Source: a virus (lineage: Duplodnaviria > Heunggongvirae > Uroviricota > Caudoviricetes). Taken from it: 52,200 bases of DNA. The number at the start of each line of letters is the position of its first letter. The stretch's first letter is position 1. The notes beneath the pieces were generated by a model that worked only from the letters and a program-made list of their open reading frames with translations, ran no database searches and had not been told where the DNA came from. This document shows positions 47,065-52,200 of the stretch, in pieces. A program made the position numbers and the translations under genes. The DNA is taken from the IMG/VR virus record IMGVR_UViG_3300022660_003821, one strand, 5' to 3'.

Positions 47065-49026
47065 ATGGGAACTATTAATCATACAATAACAGTAGAAAGC
47101 AAAGAGGTGCTTGTCGCTGAGCTTAAAAAGCATAACGAGCTATATCGTAAAGGTGAACCAATTATTTCAGACACAGAATATGATTCTATGGTCGAAATAT
47201 TGCGACAAATGGATCCTGACAATGAATGGTTTCAAACAGTTGAACCAGGTGTAGTCAACGCTGGCCGCAAAGTAAAGTTGCCTATTCCAATGAAATCGCT
47301 CGATAAAGTTAAGAGCCTTCCAGACATTAAGGGGTGGCTAAAATCATTGTCTATCAATGATAACGAAACAATTATAATTACACCTAAATTTGATGGTTTG
47401 TCACTTCTATATAGCTACTCACAAAACAGAGCTTTTTCAAGAGGAGGTGCTGAAAATGAAGGTCAAGATTGTACGCCGCATTACAATATGTTACAAACCA
47501 CACAAGTAAACGCAACCAGACTTTGGGATTGCGTATTCGGAGAGTTTGTATTTAATCGAAAACAATGGGAAACTTATTTTGCTGGCAAAAACTCACCAGA
47601 AACAGGCGATAAGTATAAATCACCACGCAACACAGCAGCAGGTTTCCTCAATCGAGACGTTCCATCAGAACTCATCAAACATATTGATTTCTATAGATAT
47701 GGCATTGACGCTTATTCATTAGAAAATTTTGATACTTATAAAGACGTATTGTTAGAGCTATGTACAACATTTAATCAAGAACCATTATTCGGTACGGTCA
47801 AAGCACAGGACCTATCTGAAGAACTGCTGCATGAATATTTCAAACAATTCAGCGAACAGTATTACATTGATGGATTAGTATTATACATCAATGACCTTGA
47901 CATTTGGGACCGCATTGGCAGACATCAATCAACAGGCAACCCAATGTATGCAATTGCCTACAAGCACCCGGACTTTACAGACAGCTTCCAGACTACTGTC
48001 AAAGGAATTGCCTGGAAGGTAAGTAAGAGTGGAGCGTTAAAGCCAGTTGTTAACATCGAAACGGTTGATACAGGAGATTGTAATATGGAGAATCCAACAG
48101 GATATAATGCAGCTTGGATCAATGATCATGAAATTGCCGCAGGTGCAAAAATACTCGTTACCCGTTCTGGTGGTGTGATTCCAAAAATTCTTTGTACTCT
48201 TGAACCAGCAACGACTGAAGAACAAGAGGCATTATGGGACAACCTATCAGAATGCCCCCATTGCGGTGCGCCAACAGCATGGAATGAAAATCATGTTGAG
48301 TTGTGTTGCACGAACAAAGAATGTTCAGGCATCCAGTTGGCGAAGATGGTGTTCTTCTACATTACGTGTGGAGCAGAGAATGTCGGCGAAGAGACATTAA
48401 GTAAAATATACAATGCCGGATTTACAACAATTCCTCAGTTGTTAAATATTACATTTGATGATTTGATGAATATTGAAGGATTTGGAGAAAGTATCTCCAA
48501 TATAATTCTTGACAACAATCGCAAGATTAAAAACGGCATAGATATATTTACCTTAATGCACGCCAGCGATTGTTTTGCCGGTATTGGTAAAGTTAAAGCT
48601 CAGAAAGTATTGGATGATATGGGGCCAGAAATGGCAGAACTATTCTATAGATTAGAATACCCGCCATTAATCCCAGCCAACCCCGCCTATGATAATTTGT
48701 CCAAAACCCAACAAGCATTTGAAAATGGAGTCTACCCATTCTACAAATTTGTATCAGAAGTTAAAATACCAATTCTACGCCCGAAGAAAAAGGTAATTAA
48801 TAATAATGGTACCTGTGCCGGCATGAGCGTTTGTTTTTCGGGAATACGTGACGCTTCACTGGAATCCGTCATTACCACACAGGGAGGAACGATAGCTTCA
48901 GGGGTTAGTAAAAAAACAACTCATTTGATTGTCAAAGACCCCAGTGGTTCATCAAGCAAAATAACCAAAGCAAAAGGATTGGGCATACCAATTTTATCAA
49001 TAGAAGATTTTAAGGCACTTATGTAA
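47065..49026 (+). CDS. ligA: NAD+-dependent DNA ligase; start revised to ATG 47065
   Basis: Domain Ia YRKGEPIISDTEYD, adenylation motif ITPKFDG, SPRNTAAG, YYIDGLV, AIAYK, Zn finger CPHC...C...C, C-terminal BRCT (VCFSG...GVSKKTTHLI...SSKITKAKGLGIPI). Confidence 0.93.
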   Translation: MGTINHTITVESKEVLVAELKKHNELYRKGEPIISDTEYDSMVEILRQMDPDNEWFQTVEPGVVNAGRKVKLPIPMKSLDKVKSLPDIKGWLKSLSINDNETIIITPKFDGLSLLYSYSQNRAFSRGGAENEGQDCTPHYNMLQTTQVNATRLWDCVFGEFVFNRKQWETYFAGKNSPETGDKYKSPRNTAAGFLNRDVPSELIKHIDFYRYGIDAYSLENFDTYKDVLLELCTTFNQEPLFGTVKAQDLSEELLHEYFKQFSEQYYIDGLVLYINDLDIWDRIGRHQSTGNPMYAIAYKHPDFTDSFQTTVKGIAWKVSKSGALKPVVNIETVDTGDCNMENPTGYNAAWINDHEIAAGAKILVTRSGGVIPKILCTLEPATTEEQEALWDNLSECPHCGAPTAWNENHVELCCTNKECSGIQLAKMVFFYITCGAENVGEETLSKIYNAGFTTIPQLLNITFDDLMNIEGFGESISNIILDNNRKIKNGIDIFTLMHASDCFAGIGKVKAQKVLDDMGPEMAELFYRLEYPPLIPANPAYDNLSKTQQAFENGVYPFYKFVSEVKIPILRPKKKVINNNGTCAGMSVCFSGIRDASLESVITTQGGTIASGVSKKTTHLIVKDPSGSSSKITKAKGLGIPILSIEDFKALM

Positions 49027-49028
49027 CG

Positions 49029-49056
49029 AAATGGGAGAGATTGCTCTCCCATTTTT
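49029..49056 (+). terminator. Terminator after the ligase
   Basis: AAATGGGAGAG-attg-CTCTCCCATTT followed by TT. Confidence 0.85.
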
Positions 49057-49120
49057 ATTTCCTGTATATCAACGCAAAACAAAATTTTTTATATCATTTG
49101 CACAGATTTTTGCTATATTC

Positions 49121-49152
49121 TTTGGTAATATCATTTTCTCTTTGTACATTTG
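49121..49152 (+). promoter_or_regulatory. Bacteroidota housekeeping promoter for the small recombinase
   Basis: TTTG (49121-49124)-N20-TACATTTG (49145-49152). Confidence 0.75.
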
Positions 49153-49179
49153 CACCAGAAACTGAAACAAATATGTGAT

Positions 49180-49767
49180 ATGGCAAAGAAAAATCAATTA
49201 ACAACAAGCGACTACCTGGAATATCCAGAGTATGAAAGGTTGCTTACTTGTCTTCACGATGACAATGAGTTTCTGTGGGAATTATACGCACGATTAGGTT
49301 TCTGCACTGCTTGTCGAGCATCAGACATCTTAAATTTTCGCTGGGTTGACATTCTTGATAGAACAGAACACGTTGTTGTAGAACAAAAGACAAAGAAAGC
49401 CCGTAAACTATCATTTAACCAATCTGTTCAAAGAAAACTTAAAGAGTTGTACAATTTGCTTGGAAGGCCATCGAAAGATGAGTTTATTTTCATTAGCAAA
49501 ACAACTGGAAGGCCATTGACGATACAGTATATTAATCAAAAGTTAAAAGACTTTAAGTATAAATACCGTATCAAGATTGGAAACTTTTCAACACACACAT
49601 TTAGAAAGACATTCGGCAGATATGTATATGATACGCATAATCATAGCGCAGAAAGTCTGATACTTCTTAACAAAATACTATGCCATTCAAATATAAATGT
49701 TACAAAAACATATATTGGCATAACTCAAGATGAAATAAACAACATCTTTAACTCTATTGCTTTCTAA
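49180..49767 (+). CDS. Small tyrosine recombinase (catalytic domain only, 195 aa); start revised to ATG 49180
   Basis: ACRASDI (R), HTFRKTFG (HxxR), LCHS (H), TKTYI (Y). The ORF-track TTG start overlaps the promoter. Confidence 0.88.
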   Translation: MAKKNQLTTSDYLEYPEYERLLTCLHDDNEFLWELYARLGFCTACRASDILNFRWVDILDRTEHVVVEQKTKKARKLSFNQSVQRKLKELYNLLGRPSKDEFIFISKTTGRPLTIQYINQKLKDFKYKYRIKIGNFSTHTFRKTFGRYVYDTHNHSAESLILLNKILCHSNINVTKTYIGITQDEINNIFNSIAF

Positions 49768-49850
49768 GAAAGCGCACCAAAATTGAAGCGTGTTATCGCG
49801 CCCTTGCATCTTCTTTTCGTTGTCGGCTTTTATAGCCAAAATGTATTTTT

Positions 49851-50420
49851 ATGTCACAACAAGCAAGGGAATGCACGCATTCACATCTTCAATGTCGATA
49901 TTGCGGTTCTCCAGTTGATTTAGAGAACTATAATCAAAAGTTGCCATTACCACAGGTAATGAAAAAGGAGCAACTTTGTTTCGCTTGTGCTTTCTGGAAG
50001 CATCTAATCGACAATCCTGTACCTTATCGCCAAATCATTAATGGCACCCATTGGACTTTTAATCCTTGGTCTGACAAACCGATGATGTTTGCAGGTCATG
50101 GAGGCAGGGCGTTTTACATTATGCTAAACGATGGCAATGTATTACGCTCCAATAACGCATGGTTTCAAGGCGAGATTCCAGAGCATTTTAGGTCTCAACT
50201 GCCAGATACGGCAAAATTCATATCAAGAACAGCTTACTATAAAATCAAAGACCAGCCCATGTTCCAATGCCAGTCCAAAGGGTGCTGGGATAGGTATCAT
50301 TGTTATTGGTATGACAAAACGGTAGAGGTTGATGGTGCATGGAACAAGATCCCATCCAACCACAAAATTGGAGATGAATGTTGCGAATTATTCTTAGATA
50401 AAAATGTCGTATATGAATAG
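49851..50420 (+). CDS. Cys-rich hypothetical phage protein
   Basis: CRYC...CFAC and C..KGCWDRYHC motifs; 189 aa. Confidence 0.6.
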   Translation: MSQQARECTHSHLQCRYCGSPVDLENYNQKLPLPQVMKKEQLCFACAFWKHLIDNPVPYRQIINGTHWTFNPWSDKPMMFAGHGGRAFYIMLNDGNVLRSNNAWFQGEIPEHFRSQLPDTAKFISRTAYYKIKDQPMFQCQSKGCWDRYHCYWYDKTVEVDGAWNKIPSNHKIGDECCELFLDKNVVYE

Positions 50421-50721
50421 TATAACTACAATCATATTAGCAATTATAGCATTGGCCCTATGCTATATAATCTATAAACTGCATAAAATAGAAAAGGCCG
50501 CAAAAGACTTATATGAACTGCCTCATGGAGAAAGCCTATATTCAATTAGTCATCATGAGTTTAATAGTGTCAGTCTTCAATACATATTAATTGCTGTTCG
50601 AGCAATAATGCACAGTTGGATGATGCAGAGCGTGGCAACTGAAAACTACGAAGCAGCAGAAAACTGGAAGCAAACAATATGTGAAATTGAAAAATTAATT
50701 AAAACCAAAGTAAATAAGTAA
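50404..50721 (+). CDS. Hypothetical membrane-anchored protein
   Basis: N-terminal IITIILAIIALALCYII-type hydrophobic segment. Confidence 0.55.
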   Translation: MSYMNSITTIILAIIALALCYIIYKLHKIEKAAKDLYELPHGESLYSISHHEFNSVSLQYILIAVRAIMHSWMMQSVATENYEAAENWKQTICEIEKLIKTKVNK

Positions 50722-50723
50722 TT

Positions 50724-50918
50724 ATGGAAATCGTAGGATGTATTGTATGTGTGCTCATTATTGCCATCATTTACACAATGGCTATTGCTTGCGTGCGCAC
50801 ATTAGCTTGTAATGATTGTCCCTTAAAAGACAAGTGTCAAAAATCAATCGAGAACGGCTCTGGCCGGCTATGTGACGAAAACAATCCAATCAACCCACTT
50901 ATGCCTACACAATTATGA
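50724..50918 (+). CDS. Small hypothetical membrane protein with Cys cluster
   Basis: Hydrophobic N-terminus; CNDCPLKDKC. Confidence 0.5.
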   Translation: MEIVGCIVCVLIIAIIYTMAIACVRTLACNDCPLKDKCQKSIENGSGRLCDENNPINPLMPTQL

Positions 50919-51259
50919 TTGCTGAAATTATCATCATAGTCCTCACGGTACAAGACTGCAACATCCAGTGGGACAAAGTAGCACAAGCGACTACTGAACA
51001 AATTGAGTATGCCGACATCACGCCACTGGCTGTCACTCCATCTTTGGAAGACATTACAGTTATCCACACTCAACACAAGAGCTATGATGCCCAGCATTAC
51101 CGCTATTTGTCAAAACGGCATACAGATATGGCAATTACACGCACCGCCCACAAAAGAGTAATTTATTGGAAACGAATAAGAAGCAGAACATGGAAAAAGA
51201 AAAATACATTTCAATTGGAGGCATTGACTATTATCCTCATAGTAATCGTTGCCATTTAA
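50915..51259 (+). CDS. Hypothetical protein
   Basis: Coupled 4-nt overlap at the start; the long 3' overlap with the next ORF makes it uncertain. Confidence 0.35.
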   Translation: MIAEIIIIVLTVQDCNIQWDKVAQATTEQIEYADITPLAVTPSLEDITVIHTQHKSYDAQHYRYLSKRHTDMAITRTAHKRVIYWKRIRSRTWKKKNTFQLEALTIILIVIVAI

Positions 51260-51390
51260 TCCGTTGCCCTAAATGTAATAGGGAAAATTACTTAATCAAC
51301 GTAACCACTGGAGTTTGTACATGGTGTGGGTATAATGCCAACACCGATGAAGAATTAAAAAATAAATTTAATCAGATAAGAAATGAATAA
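51190..51390 (+). CDS. Zinc-ribbon protein
   Basis: CPKC...CTWC; likely start MEKEKY at 51190. Confidence 0.6.
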   Translation: MEKEKYISIGGIDYYPHSNRCHLIRCPKCNRENYLINVTTGVCTWCGYNANTDEELKNKFNQIRNE

Positions 51391-51844
51391 GTTAACAAAA
51401 GAGCAGATGCAAGACGCACTGCGTAAAGTAACATTGAACTGTACGGAAGAAGAAATCCGATTTGTGTTTCATCTATTTTCTTTTGACCTTAAAGAGTTCA
51501 AGCAAGAAACCGGCAGAATCAGTTTCGAGATTCACTACAAGATTAACTACATCGTCAAGGTTGAGTTGACAGCAACAGCTATGACATTCTCTAACGAATG
51601 GATAAACTTTGAAGATGAGAACACTCACGGTATTGCCATGACGGTTCCTACATGTCTTGGAGAATTGATGGTCATGTTCATCAATATGTTCATGCCTAAC
51701 CTGCTTCAGCGTGTTTGCTACAATATCGCGTACAACGAACAGTGGTCCATTTTTGAGTCGGTAGAAGAAGCGCAAGAATACCTGGGCATTTCCCAGATGA
51801 CAATTGCTGAAATTGTAAAACCACACAACGAAAAGCAAGAATAA
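51383..51844 (+). CDS. Hypothetical phage protein
   Basis: 153 aa, coupled to its neighbours. Confidence 0.65.
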   Translation: MNKLTKEQMQDALRKVTLNCTEEEIRFVFHLFSFDLKEFKQETGRISFEIHYKINYIVKVELTATAMTFSNEWINFEDENTHGIAMTVPTCLGELMVMFINMFMPNLLQRVCYNIAYNEQWSIFESVEEAQEYLGISQMTIAEIVKPHNEKQE

Positions 51845-51845
51845 T

Positions 51846-52200
51846 ATGAATGTCGATGTAAATGAAAAGCAAGTCATTCCTTACAGCCATCACTACAGAT
51901 GCTTTCCTCAAATGGTAGGCTCTGTAGTGAATCAGGCCGTATTTATGTACTTGCTGGATGAATATCTTTGCCGATTGAGGACTGGGAAGCAAACTAAGTT
52001 TACTGTTAGTGTCAACGAAATCGCGCAAAAAAGAAATATGACATGGCGCACCGTCACCAACAGCTTGTCAAAACTTTCAATAATGCAGTTAATATCTGTA
52101 GATGATGATATTTGTTCAGTAAATGCCAACAGATATGTCTCTCTTGTTACTGCATTTTATAAACTTTCAAAAACGAGGGATAAACAAAAATTTATCACTG
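51846..52200 (+). CDS. Hypothetical protein, partial, possible winged HTH (replication-initiator-like)
   Basis: Translated by hand: MNVDVNEKQVIPYSHHYRCFPQMV...VSVNEIAQKRNMTWRTVTNSLSKLSIMQLI; open to the window end. Confidence 0.55.
   Translation, partial: MNVDVNEKQVIPYSHHYRCFPQMVGSVVNQAVFMYLLDEYLCRLRTGKQTKFTVSVNEIAQKRNMTWRTVTNSLSKLSIMQLISVDDDICSVNANRYVSLVTAFYKLSKTRDKQKFIT

Larger units (their letters stand above)
7865..52200. mobile_element. Prophage with contractile (myovirus-type) tail and DGR; right end outside the window
   Basis: Portal, protease, capsid, sheath, tube, tape-measure and baseplate genes in one orientation, bounded on the left by the tRNA-derived att. Confidence 0.92.

Noticed and set aside
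674-48400. Numerous 60-180-aa ORFs antisense to or nested in long genes
   Set aside because: Shadow ORFs of well-supported CDSs, with no motifs or start context.

Overview
Bacteroidota (Bacteroidales-type) DNA; the assignment rests on TTTG-N19/20-TAnnTTTG promoters, AT-rich SD-less leaders and the gene families present. Two integrated elements meet at a 14-bp tRNA 3'-end remnant (7851-7864, probably tRNA-Phe). LEFT (1-~7800): a mobile island with a tyrosine integrase, two HTH excisionase-like genes and an SNF2-helicase/DUF4391 defence-type cargo. The integrase is flanked by two inverted ~190-bp copies about 84% identical. RIGHT (~7865-52200, continuing past the window): a contractile-tail prophage. 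Its minus-strand late module runs portal (DUF935-like), head morphogenesis, Clp-like protease/scaffold, capsid, sheath, tube, a frameshifted chaperone, tape measure, baseplate and fibres. A divergent plus-strand arm encodes DUF4494-like, KilA-N-like and NUMOD1-like proteins, dUTPase, an NAD+-dependent ligase and a small tyrosine recombinase. Inside the tail module is a complete, apparently active diversity-generating retroelement (DGR): target with VR 18645-18772, hairpin, avd, TR 17919-18046 and RT. TR and VR differ at 16 of 128 positions, 15 of them TR adenines. Most notable: (1) the 2007-aa DGR target appears to carry a CotH-like atypical kinase domain between LamG-like, LRR, Ig-like and C-type-lectin regions; (2) a non-host promoter-like motif, AAC-N18-CTATTC(T/A)T, occurs nine times ahead of late genes. 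One copy drives avd-TR-RT from within the DGR hairpin, and one sits inside the protease gene ahead of a nested scaffold start. Domain names come from motif recognition by eye; no database searches were run.
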